Shown: positions 43,724-54,536 of the stretch, in pieces
Numbering within the stretch: the first letter of the stretch is position 1
How the letters are laid out: each line of letters opens with the position of its first letter
Source of the DNA: a virus
Lineage: Duplodnaviria; Caudoviricetes
Length of the DNA stretch: 64,000 bases
Reading direction: 5' to 3' (one strand)
Virus record (IMG/VR): IMGVR_UViG_3300033072_001056
Span: 3,710 to 67,709 of that record
The notes under the pieces: generated by a model
What the model was told of the DNA's origin: nothing
The model's input: the letters and a program-made list of their open reading frames with translations, nothing else
Database searches by the model: none
Program-made: the position numbers and the translations under genes

Positions 43724-44617
43724 ATGCCATTAAGTCAAACCGACCAACAATATTACGAAAACGATGATTTGCACGGAAATTACCAATTTATCGGCATAGA
43801 AGACCTTGTGAATAATTTTCTTCAAAACTACACTGGTGACGAAACACTTCTTGGTTACGTGCCAAGACAAAAAGTTGTTTATCAAGTAAAGCAAGCAATT
43901 CGCGAATTTTCAATAGGATTTTTAAACCAAGTCCGAGTAGTTGAATTAGAATTAAACGATGCCAACAATATTATTTTGCCGCCGGATTATGTCAACTACG
44001 TCAGAATATCTTGGGTAAACAAAAAAACGGGCAGAATTCAACCGATGTCTCAAAACAAACATCATCCGCTAGGAATCGCTTATTTGCAAGATAACACCGG
44101 AGACATACTTTTTGACAACAACAGAGAAATCTTAGAAGGCACGACAGCTATAGAAGCGATAAACGACGCAATAGATGTTCCTTCAATAGAAAGTTTTGAT
44201 GCGAGTTTGTTTCCTAATTTTCCTTATGGATATTTTGGAGGTTACACAAGGTATCAAATCAACCCTATTTACAATTACGACACTACAATTAATACCAACG
44301 GGACTTTCGATATAAACGACAAAAGAATACATTTTGGTTCGGATAGTGTAGAAAGAATAATCCTTTTAGAATACATTTCTGACGGTCTTCAAGTAGCGGA
44401 ATCAGAAATGAAAGTTCACAAATTTGCCGAGCAATCGGTTTATGATTATGTTCACTACAATTTGGCAAGAACGTCAATCAGGGTTGCGGATTACGAAAAA
44501 AGAAATCTTAAAAAAGCATACGACACATCCTCTCGAAACGCAAAAGTAAGAATGTTGGGCATAAAACCTCAAGAGTTTTTGCAGTTATGGAAACAAGGGA
44601 AAACGACAATACGATAG
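43724..44617 (+). CDS. Tail ring / structural protein
   Basis: LP.DYVNYVRISW; I.LEYISDG; VHKFAE..VY.Y. Confidence 0.7.
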   Translation: MPLSQTDQQYYENDDLHGNYQFIGIEDLVNNFLQNYTGDETLLGYVPRQKVVYQVKQAIREFSIGFLNQVRVVELELNDANNIILPPDYVNYVRISWVNKKTGRIQPMSQNKHHPLGIAYLQDNTGDILFDNNREILEGTTAIEAINDAIDVPSIESFDASLFPNFPYGYFGGYTRYQINPIYNYDTTINTNGTFDINDKRIHFGSDSVERIILLEYISDGLQVAESEMKVHKFAEQSVYDYVHYNLARTSIRVADYEKRNLKKAYDTSSRNAKVRMLGIKPQEFLQLWKQGKTTIR

Positions 44618-44620
44618 TCA

Positions 44621-47600
44621 ATGAAAATTCAAAATAATTTTACGCAAGCAGTAATTGATAATGATAGAGATGAGCGCTTTACAAACGGCGCTCTTGTTGG
44701 TACGCCTAAAAACGTTACCATTTTTACGTCAAATGGAAATGACTCCGGCGTTTTAAAAAATGTTCCGGGCAACATCAAAAAATCCAATTACGCAAACGAC
44801 GTAAATTATTCTTATGCCGGCGCAAGAACTATTGGCGTGGGAAGAAACGACGCAAACAACAAACTTTATCATTTTGTAAAAGCTACCGGTTTTGATTATG
44901 TTATTGAGTTTGATACTTTGACATTTCAATCTACAAGAATTCTTGGCGCAACGACCGGCGGTATTTTAAATTTTCAAGACAGAATACCAAACGTTGACAT
45001 TTTCATTGATGCAGTTTCGCAAGATGTGATATTGTTTTGGTCGGGAGATAACAATCCGCCAAGATGTGTAAACGTAGAAACCGCTAAAACTTGGACAATT
45101 GACGGATTTACAAATGATGAAATATCAGTAATGAAGCCTTCTCCAATATTCGCTCCGTCAATAAACCTTACTACAAGCGTAGAAGGAGTTCAAAATAATT
45201 TTATCGAAGACAAAATGCTTTGTTTTGCTTATCGATACAAATACAGCGATGGTTATTATTCGGCGCCAAGTTCTTGGTCAAAAGTTGCTTTTACGCCAAG
45301 GGCATTTAATTTAGACTATCAGACCTATGAAAATTTAGGTATGCTTAATTTATCGAACGCGGTTGATGTTAATTTCAATACGGGCGCTAGAGATGTTAAG
45401 CAAATAGATTTGCTTTTTAGAAAAAGTGATTCCACGATTATTTATGTAATTGAGGAATTCGTAAAAGAAGAAGAAGGTTGGGCGGACAACACAACACAAA
45501 CTTTTCAATTTAGCAAATCAAAAATATACACGACATTAACCGACGATCAATTTTTCAGAAACTTTGATAACGTTCCGTTAATCGCTCGTGCGCAAACAAT
45601 TATCGGAAACAGAATTGCTTATGCTAATTTTGTTGAGGGTAGAGATTTAGGAGTTGTTGTAGATTTTGAAGTAGATATTTTAACTGAAGAACCTTTCTCT
45701 AGTGAGATTGAAGGAGAATCTGCAAATTACGATGGAAGTGTTGACTACTCTAACGTCGTGGATTTTGAACAAGGCACAAAAACTCAAGGTTCTGTTCTTG
45801 GCGACCAAATGGATTTTGCGACAAATACTGTTGAAATAGATTTAGCTGTCTTAAGCGCCGACCAAGCGGATTTTTTAGTAACAATTACTCCTAAAGCAGG
45901 ATTTTCAACTGTGCCATATACGGTTACTTTTAAGGAAGGCGCCACGGTGTTACAACAAACTACGGGATTAGTAGGTACGGAGCAAGTCATTTATCAAGTA
46001 GGTTCGGATAAAGACGTTCAGATTTACGTAACGTCTGACGAAGGATTGATTTATGATTGTGATTTAATATACAGACTTGAACTTCTCGGAGGCGATTTAT
46101 CGACTTATTTGTATCAAGGATTTCATCAATTAGCATTTCCAAAACAAGGAGGATATGGCTCTACTCTTGTTGGAGACATTGTAATTGACCAATTGGCGGA
46201 ATTTGATATGACGGGATATGAGTTTTTGGCGGGCAGTCAAATAAGAATCAATTTAGACCTGCAATCTTCTTTAGTTGAAGACCATACTCCGTCAGTAACT
46301 TTTTTCTATAATTTAACGGCTAACTATACTGATTTAACTGATTTCTTGACGAATTCGGGATTTTCATATCAGCTAGAAACCGTTTTTACAGAAACTTTCA
46401 AAAACAATTTTCAAAGTGGCGCGGGAACATTTGTGTCTATAACCAATTTTGATGTTTCTCAAAGTGGCGACACATTAATTGTTAGAACACCAATCATTGT
46501 TTACAATGTAACCGAGCCAAGCGGTGTTACAGAAAACAAAAACGAATTTTACTTAGTCGTTTCTTCTAATTTGCAAACTGTTGACCAAAACGCGTTTACA
46601 TCATTACATTCAAACAGAGATTATGAAGTAGGGCTTATTTATATGGACGAGCAAGGAAGAAAAACCACAATCCTTAATTGTCCAAACAATACGGTTCACA
46701 TACCTGCTGACAATTCAGATTTAACAAATAGGCTTGGCGTAACAATTAATAACGCTCCGCCGACTTGGGCTAAGTATTACAAATTTGCAATTAAGCAAGT
46801 CAAAAAAGAATACGACATAATCTACGGAAACAAGGTTTACACCGATGGAATTTATCGATGGATAAAACTTGAAGGACAAAGCAAAAACAAAGTGAAAGAA
46901 GGCGATTTGCTTACTTTGAAATCTGATTATTCAGGTGTTTTGTCGGAGGTTAGAAAGGTTGAAGTTTTAGAAGTTGTAAATCAAGACAAAAACTTTATAT
47001 CTGGCAATTTGCTTGCTAATGGTGACGAGCTTTTAGAAGAAGCGGGATTATACTTTAAGATTAAACAAGGTAATTTCAATATCAATGTTGTAGAGCAAGG
47101 ATTTCAGACTTATGAAGGACAAGCGGGTTATAATAGATTTGCTGAAACAAAACCTAAATTCGGAGAATATGATGGCGCTACTTGGATTCCTACTGCTTTA
47201 AATGCGGGTGCGCAAGTTACTATTACTATACTCGTTAGAGCTACTGCACTTAGCCAATCAAACGAAACTTACGTTGGAGTGTTCAACTTGCAAGATGACT
47301 ATCCTGATGTAGAAACTTGGTTTGCCGCAGAAGTAGAAAACGACCCTGAATTTTCATTGTTTGCTTCAAACTATTTAATTTCTTGGGAATTCACAACCGA
47401 CGGAGCTACTTTTAGAGCAAAAGGAGATACACTTCCTGTTTTATCAGCTAATTTAGCGACAAAAATTACTTTTGACATTAATTTCTCGGGCGGATTATTG
47501 ATTTTTGAAACAGAGCCAATTGAGCAATTAGAATCTCCATTTTTTGAAACGCCTGAAACATTTACTATTACCGCTGGCGCACACGAATTCACTCAGCACG

Positions 47601-48985
47601 TTTTAACCGACGCGTTCAATTGTTTTTCATTTGGAAACGGGGTAGAAAGTTACAAGGTAAGAGATTCGGCAACGGGTGACAGTTTCAGCATTGATTCAAA
47701 CCCGTCCGACATTAACAAAGAAGGCTATCGTCAATTAAACCGATTTGCGGATATTACTTATTCAGAAATTTACAATTCAAACACGAACGTAAACAGACTG
47801 AATGAATTTAACTTGTCGCTTGCAAATTACAAAGATGACGTAGAGAAGATTTACGGTTCTATTCAAAAAATAAAAGGAAAAGACACCAATCTCGATGTGT
47901 ACCAAGAAGACAAGGTGAGTATTGTTTATTATGGAAAAGACTTGTTGTTTAATGCCGATGGAACAACAAACCTTACAGGTGTACCTCAAGTTCTTGGCCA
48001 ACAAAAAACATACAATTCCGAATATGGAATTTCAGAAAATCCGCAAAGTTTAGACTACTACGCCACCAATGCCTATTTTACAGATGTAAAAAGAGGTGTG
48101 GTACTAAAGAAGAACGAAAGCAACGGATTGTTTGAAATATCAAACCAAGGAATGAGAAGTTATTTCAAAGAGTTATTCCGAGATAACGCGATCAATTTTA
48201 TCCGCGGACAATACGACCAATATTACGACATTTTCATTTTGAATATCCAAATGAACGATGACGAGTATGTAACGTGGATTTATAGCGACAAAGATAACGG
48301 TTGGTTAAGCTCTCAAACTTTTAATCCCGAAGAAATGATTAGAGTGAACGGAAACCTATTCTCGTTTAAAAACGGAGAAGTTTACATTCATAATCAAGAA
48401 TTCGATGGCTCAAATACTAATTACAACATCTTCTACGGAGAAAGTTTTCCTAGCGAGGCAAGTTTTAACTATAGCCAAGAAGCAAGCGTTCGTAAAAACT
48501 ACAAGACAATCGAAATAGAAGGCAGTACAGCGGTTCAAATCGGATTAACAACAGATTTAGACCGAGGATATGTAAACTTGGCGGATTTCGATAAAAAAGA
48601 AGGTGTGTTCGTGGCATACACAAGATACGACAATGGAGTTGTAAACACAGAGTTGTTGTCTTATCAAGGAATTGGCCAAGCAACAATATCCGGACTTACT
48701 TTAAATTTTGGATTTGAAATCGACCCTATTATTTCTGTTGGGGATTTGATTTTAAATTCGAATTTGCAAATTGTCGGAACTATTGTTTCAAAAACAGCGA
48801 ATTCGTTAACATTGAATACGGTAAACAACTTGTCCTCGGGAGATTTTGTATTGGCAAGCAAACCTAAAAGTGTACAACAACAAGGATTGACAGGTTATTA
48901 TATGCGAGTAGATATGTCTTTTGAAAGTAATAGGCGAGAGGAAATTTATGCGGTATCAAGCCAAGTTTTCAAATCTTTTATGTAA
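44621..48985 (+). CDS. Tail stabilization / muzzle protein (P22 gp10-like)
   Basis: 1454 aa; FAYRYKY.DG.YSA.S.WS, LHSNRDYEVG..Y.D..GR, YF.D..RG.VL. Confidence 0.75.
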   Translation: MKIQNNFTQAVIDNDRDERFTNGALVGTPKNVTIFTSNGNDSGVLKNVPGNIKKSNYANDVNYSYAGARTIGVGRNDANNKLYHFVKATGFDYVIEFDTLTFQSTRILGATTGGILNFQDRIPNVDIFIDAVSQDVILFWSGDNNPPRCVNVETAKTWTIDGFTNDEISVMKPSPIFAPSINLTTSVEGVQNNFIEDKMLCFAYRYKYSDGYYSAPSSWSKVAFTPRAFNLDYQTYENLGMLNLSNAVDVNFNTGARDVKQIDLLFRKSDSTIIYVIEEFVKEEEGWADNTTQTFQFSKSKIYTTLTDDQFFRNFDNVPLIARAQTIIGNRIAYANFVEGRDLGVVVDFEVDILTEEPFSSEIEGESANYDGSVDYSNVVDFEQGTKTQGSVLGDQMDFATNTVEIDLAVLSADQADFLVTITPKAGFSTVPYTVTFKEGATVLQQTTGLVGTEQVIYQVGSDKDVQIYVTSDEGLIYDCDLIYRLELLGGDLSTYLYQGFHQLAFPKQGGYGSTLVGDIVIDQLAEFDMTGYEFLAGSQIRINLDLQSSLVEDHTPSVTFFYNLTANYTDLTDFLTNSGFSYQLETVFTETFKNNFQSGAGTFVSITNFDVSQSGDTLIVRTPIIVYNVTEPSGVTENKNEFYLVVSSNLQTVDQNAFTSLHSNRDYEVGLIYMDEQGRKTTILNCPNNTVHIPADNSDLTNRLGVTINNAPPTWAKYYKFAIKQVKKEYDIIYGNKVYTDGIYRWIKLEGQSKNKVKEGDLLTLKSDYSGVLSEVRKVEVLEVVNQDKNFISGNLLANGDELLEEAGLYFKIKQGNFNINVVEQGFQTYEGQAGYNRFAETKPKFGEYDGATWIPTALNAGAQVTITILVRATALSQSNETYVGVFNLQDDYPDVETWFAAEVENDPEFSLFASNYLISWEFTTDGATFRAKGDTLPVLSANLATKITFDINFSGGLLIFETEPIEQLESPFFETPETFTITAGAHEFTQHVLTDAFNCFSFGNGVESYKVRDSATGDSFSIDSNPSDINKEGYRQLNRFADITYSEIYNSNTNVNRLNEFNLSLANYKDDVEKIYGSIQKIKGKDTNLDVYQEDKVSIVYYGKDLLFNADGTTNLTGVPQVLGQQKTYNSEYGISENPQSLDYYATNAYFTDVKRGVVLKKNESNGLFEISNQGMRSYFKELFRDNAINFIRGQYDQYYDIFILNIQMNDDEYVTWIYSDKDNGWLSSQTFNPEEMIRVNGNLFSFKNGEVYIHNQEFDGSNTNYNIFYGESFPSEASFNYSQEASVRKNYKTIEIEGSTAVQIGLTTDLDRGYVNLADFDKKEGVFVAYTRYDNGVVNTELLSYQGIGQATISGLTLNFGFEIDPIISVGDLILNSNLQIVGTIVSKTANSLTLNTVNNLSSGDFVLASKPKSVQQQGLTGYYMRVDMSFESNRREEIYAVSSQVFKSFM

Positions 48986-48986
48986 T

Positions 48987-49017
48987 AAAAAGCCTCTCGT
49001 AATTGAGAGGCTTTTTT
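48987..49017. terminator. Bidirectional terminator (CGTAATTG loop)
   Basis: AAAAAGCCTCTC-GTAATT-GAGAGGCTTTTT. Confidence 0.85.
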
Positions 49018-49027
49018 ATTTAAAACG

Positions 49028-49354
49028 CTAATAAATTGTCTCGTTGCATTTTTTGCATCTATACCAACTTCCATCTAAATAGATTTCTTTGTGTTCGCAC
49101 TTGTTTTTTACATCATCATTTGTTTCTTTTTTTAAATAAATTTTTTCTGTCTCAAACACCGTTCTTTTGCCTCCAAAATGACAACAGGTTTCAGGATGAC
49201 ATCCGCAATATACTTCTTTGGTTATGTTTTTTATTTTGTATTTGCCATTTTCATCCTCATATATTTTTCTTGAAGTGCTTGATTTATAATAACAACTGTC
49301 AATTGCATCATTTAATTCAAATTGATTTTCTAATATTCTAAAAACGCTATTCAT
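49028..49354 (-). CDS. Hypothetical Cys-rich protein (antisense moron)
   Basis: CGCHPETCCH and C-terminal CxxC. Confidence 0.55.
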   Translation of the reverse strand: MNSVFRILENQFELNDAIDSCYYKSSTSRKIYEDENGKYKIKNITKEVYCGCHPETCCHFGGKRTVFETEKIYLKKETNDDVKNKCEHKEIYLDGSWYRCKKCNETIY

Positions 49355-49420
49355 AATATTTATATGTTATAAATTTTAAGCCAAAATAAAACTTTTTTCC
49401 TATTCCGCAATACAGCATAG

Positions 49421-49467
49421 AAAAATAATATCAATTCGCCAAGTGTTATCAAAATTTTCTATCTTTG
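49421..49467 (+). promoter_or_regulatory. Late-class promoter (ejection-protein operon)
   Basis: AAAAATAATAT starting 39 nt before TATCTTTG. Confidence 0.65.
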
Positions 49468-49485
49468 CTAATAAATTGAATCAAA

Positions 49486-49884
49486 ATGCAATACACAGTA
49501 AAGAAACATTCAAAAGATGAGTTTTACGAAACTTTTTGCAAATGGTTAATTTCTCAGAAATTCCCTTTGCTGAACAAAGAAGTATTACCCGAGAATGTTT
49601 TTGTGATGTATGCAGATGAAATCCCATCATATTGTATTTGGGTTTATTTTACAGATTCGAAATTAGCGTGGATAGCGTTTCCTGCTTCTAATAAAAATGT
49701 TTCTTACGCAAAGAAAAAAGGCGGATTGAGATTTTTGATAAATTACGTTTGCGATTACTTGAAGAAAAAAGGAATTTTGACAGTCTTCACAACAAGCGGA
49801 ACTGAAAATGTAGAAGAAGCATTATTGAGTAACGATTTTCAAATTGGCGACCAAAACACGTCGCATTATATTAAAAAACTATAA
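49486..49884 (+). CDS. GNAT-like protein preceding the ejection proteins
   Basis: CIWVYFTDSKLAW...LINYVCDYLKKKG...FTT; position. Confidence 0.5.
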   Translation: MQYTVKKHSKDEFYETFCKWLISQKFPLLNKEVLPENVFVMYADEIPSYCIWVYFTDSKLAWIAFPASNKNVSYAKKKGGLRFLINYVCDYLKKKGILTVFTTSGTENVEEALLSNDFQIGDQNTSHYIKKL

Positions 49885-49886
49885 CA

Positions 49887-50555
49887 ATGGGAGTAGCAAG
49901 TGCAGTAGCAGGAGGTCTTGGTGTAATTGGGGGTATCAGTAATATCATTTCTGGCGCCAAACAATCAAATGATGCAAAAAGAGCATTGGAAGATTACCAA
50001 AGACAAGACCTAAACAATGTTGCAGAAGGTCTTCAAGTATCAACTTTAGGTTCTGATTTGCAAAGAGAAGAACAATCAAGATTAGCTTCAAACCAAGTTC
50101 AAGCATTGCGAGAAGGAGGTACTAGAGGAATGGTCGGAGGATTAGGTCGTGTAACGCAAGGAAATCAAATGGTGAATCGCCAAATTGCAGCAGATTTAGA
50201 CGCTCAACAAAAGGCTATTGACCAAATGAGAGCGGAAGATGAAGCAAGAATACGTGCTATTCGAGAAAACCGAGAAATTGCCGACGTAGGCGCTTTGTCA
50301 AGTCAAATAAACGCAGGAGAGCAAACAAGAGTTAACGGAATCTCTCAAGGTATTCAGGGCTTGTCAACTCTTGGCAACACATTTACTCCTAGATACGGAG
50401 GAGAAACGCCTCAAGTTGAAGAATTAGAAAATCAATTAACTCCTCAAGGAACCGTTTCTGTGCCTAATTATGGTGCTAGAATAACAAGCACATTGCCTTT
50501 AAGTTATTACGGAGGTTTAAATAGAAATAACTATATTCAACCAACAAAAAGATAA
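49887..50555 (+). CDS. Small ejection (cargo) protein
   Basis: G/A/Q-rich with hydrophobic glycine-rich N-terminus. Confidence 0.6.
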   Translation: MGVASAVAGGLGVIGGISNIISGAKQSNDAKRALEDYQRQDLNNVAEGLQVSTLGSDLQREEQSRLASNQVQALREGGTRGMVGGLGRVTQGNQMVNRQIAADLDAQQKAIDQMRAEDEARIRAIRENREIADVGALSSQINAGEQTRVNGISQGIQGLSTLGNTFTPRYGGETPQVEELENQLTPQGTVSVPNYGARITSTLPLSYYGGLNRNNYIQPTKR

Positions 50556-50557
50556 TT

Positions 50558-52114
50558 ATGGCTATTGGAAATCGCGGAACATACGCAACACTACAAGCAC
50601 CAAATGACCCTTTGTTGGGTACGCTTCAAAATATTGAGCAAGTTGGCTTTCAAAAAAGAGCCGAAGATAGGCTTATTGCCGACAAGAAAAAAGCCGAAGA
50701 AGCTAAACAATTAGCCGAAGACGTTGCTTGGGATGGTAAATTTGACCCTACAATTGTCGGAAACAGCAAAATTGACGACCCAATGCTATCTATGGCTTTT
50801 CAAGCAAAAGACCAAGTTGGGAAAATCAGACGTGAGTTAAAAAACCCTAATTTATCTTATGATGAAAAAGTAAGACTTAATTCAAAACTAAATCGTATTT
50901 CTCAATCTTTTGACGTAGCAAATCAAACTCCTAAAATCATATTGGAAAAAGCCAAGGAAATCGCCAAGAATATTGATAAGTACGACCCTGATAGCGTAAA
51001 TCTTATTGAAGGAATTGCAAAGCAACTTGAAACCGGAAAGTACGAAGCTTATTATGATGAAAATGGAACAGCAAGAGTTAAAATTTATAATACTGACGAA
51101 TCCGGAAAACCGATCGGGATTTTAAAAGAAACCACAATTGCTGATTTAGCTAACGAGTTTCAGCCAAGACAAAAGTCAAAATATACTGATTTGCTTGAAG
51201 ACGCCGTTAAAAACACAGCGGTTAGCGATATTACGACTCAAAAAGGGGCAAGAATATTGCAAACAAAAGGTGTTAAACCTGAGATAGCGGAAGCAAAAGG
51301 AGATGCTTTAGCAAGATTAATTGTGTCTAATCCTGATGAGGTTTACGCTGTTGCTAAACGTTTCCAAATCGACCAAAATGATAAAGAGGCTATTTACAAA
51401 GCGGTAAAAGAAGATTATAAAAACTCGCTTGACAAATTAGTTAAGGAAGATATTGATTCTGCATTGCTTGCCGAACAAAGACAAGCAAGAAAACAAGCTA
51501 AAGAAGACTCTGAAAAAGAAATAATAATAGGTCGCCCAACTGAAATTAAAGATGATGAAAAATATGCTTCTGGTGTTAAAATGCAAAAAGGAACCAAATC
51601 TCACCCATTAGGAAATGTCATCATTGATTCCGGCCAAGGTAAAAAACAAAAAGCCACCAATGTTTATGTTTCTCCGGGCGGTAAAATGTATTTGAGAGTT
51701 GAAGAAACGGGATTTGAAGGGAAAAGCGAAAATCAAAAAGTTCCAAACGAATCAGGTATAAGAAAATTAAACTCAATAAATCCAAAAACCAAAAAGAAAT
51801 ATACGGAAGACGAATTGTTTGCTGAAGACTTTAAAACTGTAACCGTTTCGGACAAAAAACCTGTTGTAAAAATGCTTGATTTTGGTAAAGACCAAAATGA
51901 AATCGGTAGATTTGCATTGAAAATGGGTTATGATGGAGCCAAGTCATTAATGATGGATTTCATTGAGCGCTCAGGTGGTGATGATTTTATTGTTACGCCT
52001 GATGAAAGAAAAAATAAAAAATACTCGACTCGCCAAGAACAAGCGATACAAGCTGCTATAAAAGCAAATCCGGGATATTCAAGAGAAGAAATTATTAAAG
52101 CACTAGGACTATAA
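50558..52114 (+). CDS. Ejection (cargo) protein
   Basis: Helical, K/E-rich; position. Confidence 0.5.
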   Translation: MAIGNRGTYATLQAPNDPLLGTLQNIEQVGFQKRAEDRLIADKKKAEEAKQLAEDVAWDGKFDPTIVGNSKIDDPMLSMAFQAKDQVGKIRRELKNPNLSYDEKVRLNSKLNRISQSFDVANQTPKIILEKAKEIAKNIDKYDPDSVNLIEGIAKQLETGKYEAYYDENGTARVKIYNTDESGKPIGILKETTIADLANEFQPRQKSKYTDLLEDAVKNTAVSDITTQKGARILQTKGVKPEIAEAKGDALARLIVSNPDEVYAVAKRFQIDQNDKEAIYKAVKEDYKNSLDKLVKEDIDSALLAEQRQARKQAKEDSEKEIIIGRPTEIKDDEKYASGVKMQKGTKSHPLGNVIIDSGQGKKQKATNVYVSPGGKMYLRVEETGFEGKSENQKVPNESGIRKLNSINPKTKKKYTEDELFAEDFKTVTVSDKKPVVKMLDFGKDQNEIGRFALKMGYDGAKSLMMDFIERSGGDDFIVTPDERKNKKYSTRQEQAIQAAIKANPGYSREEIIKALGL

Positions 52115-52115
52115 T

Positions 52116-54524
52116 ATGTTACAACCAAAAAGACCTTTAGATTTAACTTCTGCAAAGCAAATTTTAGAAGAAGACCAAAGAAAGCCATTGGACTTATCTT
52201 CTGCTGAAGCTATCTTAAAAAAAAAAGATGGTACGAAACCTCAGTCACCATCTACTACTCCTTCGGTAAATACGGAATCGGTACAGACGAGTGGTTCTTT
52301 GGGTATATTTCCAAAACCGAAAATAAATAACGAAAGAGAAGAAGCATCGGTTAAAAAGGATGTTGTAGAATTTAAACAACCTAGAAAAATAACTACTACT
52401 GAAAAAGACCTGATTAAAGAGGGAGAAGCTTTCCGCCAATTAGCAAATCAAAAAGTAAAAAATTATCGACAAGCCACAAAGGTAACGCCTCAAGAAAAAG
52501 AAGCGGTTGTCCTTGATTTGGAATCAAAAAAAGAAAAACAAGGTGTTTTAAACGGAATAAAATCCGGACTTAAAGAAGGCTGGAACGCTTTTGTTGATGT
52601 TATCGGTGTTGGAGGTAGCGAAGAAACTAAAAACGCTTGGAAATCAGACATAGAACCTTTGCAAGAAGAAAAAAAAGAAGCTATTGACTTTTTTAAATCT
52701 CAAAAGATAAAACCTACTCCTGAGCAAATTGACAAAAAAGCAGATGAGCTTTACGTCAATAAGAAAACTTTACAAATAAAGCAAGATAAAATAAATGATT
52801 ATTTATCGTCTTTAGACGAACAAGAAAAAACTTATTTAGAAGTAGACGCTCAAAATCGATTGAAAAAAGTTTCGAAAGAAAGACAAGACGCTTTTAATAG
52901 AATTTCTTTAAACGAAAAGTATTTGTTAAGTCTTTTGGATGAACAAAATAAGGCTATGACCTTAGAAGATAAGAAATTAATTTCTTCTGAAATTGACAAA
53001 ATTGCCAAATATCTTGACGAAGACCAAAAACTAATCAATAAATCAGAAAGCGGATTAGGAACTGCTGAAGAAGAATTAGAAATTTTCAAGAAAAACTACA
53101 ATGTTATTGATAATATAGGTGCAAGAATAGCGTCTTCAATCGGTGAAGGAGCCGTTTCTTTTTTTGAAGGTTTAGAGTACTTAGGTACTCTTGGAGGAAA
53201 TTTAGACCCTACAAATAACGTTGAAAAAGTTCTTGCTCAAACAGGCAAAGCAAAACAAGGTATTCAAGAATTTAGACAAGAATTCAGACCTGAAAACGAA
53301 GAAATAACATTGGACAACTTTCTTCAGTATTCTGCCGATTTGCTTTCGAACCAATCAGGCACTTTACTAACTATGGCATCTGCCGGTTCTACCGGCGGGG
53401 CATCTATATTGGGGCTTGGACAAGCTGGGCAGACTTACTCTGAAATGTATAAAGAAAACAAGAAGTCGGCAAAGTACACTCCCGCTCAAATGGCACTGGC
53501 TCCTTTCGTTAGTGGTGTTTCTACCGGAGTTTTAAGCGCATCTCCTACTTTTGAAACTTTGAAAAATGCCGGAAATGTTTGGAAAGCAACATTAAAAGGC
53601 TCTGCCACAAAAGAATTGGCCGACCAAGCAATAAAAAACACTACTAAAAAAGTTTTGTCTCAAATAGGGAAAGATACTCAAAAAGAAGTTGCGACAGAAT
53701 TGCTTGACAATACAATTCAAAATGCAGTAAAAAGAGATATTTTAGGAGATAAGTCTGTTGGCTATTTTGATAATTCTTGGAAAGTAATCAAAGATACTGC
53801 GTTACTCACAGGATTGTTAAACTCGGGCGCTTTGCCTCAAGTTACAATGTCGGCCGTAAAAATGTTTACGCCTTCAGAAATGAATAAAATTTTAGATTCA
53901 AACGGATCAAAAATAATCGAGCTTTCAAAACAACTTGACAACATAAATTTGGACGATAATGCTAAAAAATTGGTTGAAAATCAAATCTCTGAATTAACGA
54001 AATCAAGTGAGAAAATAATTGACAACACAATTAAAAAAATTGATGGCTTGACAGAAGAAGAGGTTAAGAAAGTCGTTCAATACGAAAGCAGAAAGCAAAA
54101 GATTTTAAATCAAGCGGAAGAAATTAAAGAAAATCCTGAATTGAGTATAAAAAGTAAAAAAACTGTGCTTGACGGATCGTCTGAAGAATATAAAAACGTA
54201 GTAGAAAAATCAAATGAAATTATAGATGCGGAAATCAAAAAACCAATTGTTCAAGAGAAACAAGAATCACAACCACAAGCCGAAGAACAAGCGCAAGTCA
54301 CAGAAGTAGAATTATCTGTGCCGGATAAATTCAAAAAATCCGTAGATTTGTTTAATCAAATAAATGAAGCGGATGGGGGTTCTAAAAAACGAGAATTGGC
54401 AAGACAGAGAAAAGAGTTTTTAGAGCAGAATCCGACCATTAAATTTGTTGATGACAACATTAGAGAAATAACAAGACAGCTTGAAGAACGAGGCGAATTA
54501 CAAAAAAAAGGCGATTGCCCATAA
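52116..54524 (+). CDS. Large ejection (cargo) protein
   Basis: Helical with central G/A-rich hydrophobic segments. Confidence 0.5.
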   Translation: MLQPKRPLDLTSAKQILEEDQRKPLDLSSAEAILKKKDGTKPQSPSTTPSVNTESVQTSGSLGIFPKPKINNEREEASVKKDVVEFKQPRKITTTEKDLIKEGEAFRQLANQKVKNYRQATKVTPQEKEAVVLDLESKKEKQGVLNGIKSGLKEGWNAFVDVIGVGGSEETKNAWKSDIEPLQEEKKEAIDFFKSQKIKPTPEQIDKKADELYVNKKTLQIKQDKINDYLSSLDEQEKTYLEVDAQNRLKKVSKERQDAFNRISLNEKYLLSLLDEQNKAMTLEDKKLISSEIDKIAKYLDEDQKLINKSESGLGTAEEELEIFKKNYNVIDNIGARIASSIGEGAVSFFEGLEYLGTLGGNLDPTNNVEKVLAQTGKAKQGIQEFRQEFRPENEEITLDNFLQYSADLLSNQSGTLLTMASAGSTGGASILGLGQAGQTYSEMYKENKKSAKYTPAQMALAPFVSGVSTGVLSASPTFETLKNAGNVWKATLKGSATKELADQAIKNTTKKVLSQIGKDTQKEVATELLDNTIQNAVKRDILGDKSVGYFDNSWKVIKDTALLTGLLNSGALPQVTMSAVKMFTPSEMNKILDSNGSKIIELSKQLDNINLDDNAKKLVENQISELTKSSEKIIDNTIKKIDGLTEEEVKKVVQYESRKQKILNQAEEIKENPELSIKSKKTVLDGSSEEYKNVVEKSNEIIDAEIKKPIVQEKQESQPQAEEQAQVTEVELSVPDKFKKSVDLFNQINEADGGSKKRELARQRKEFLEQNPTIKFVDDNIREITRQLEERGELQKKGDCP

Positions 54525-54536
54525 AACTTAGAAACC

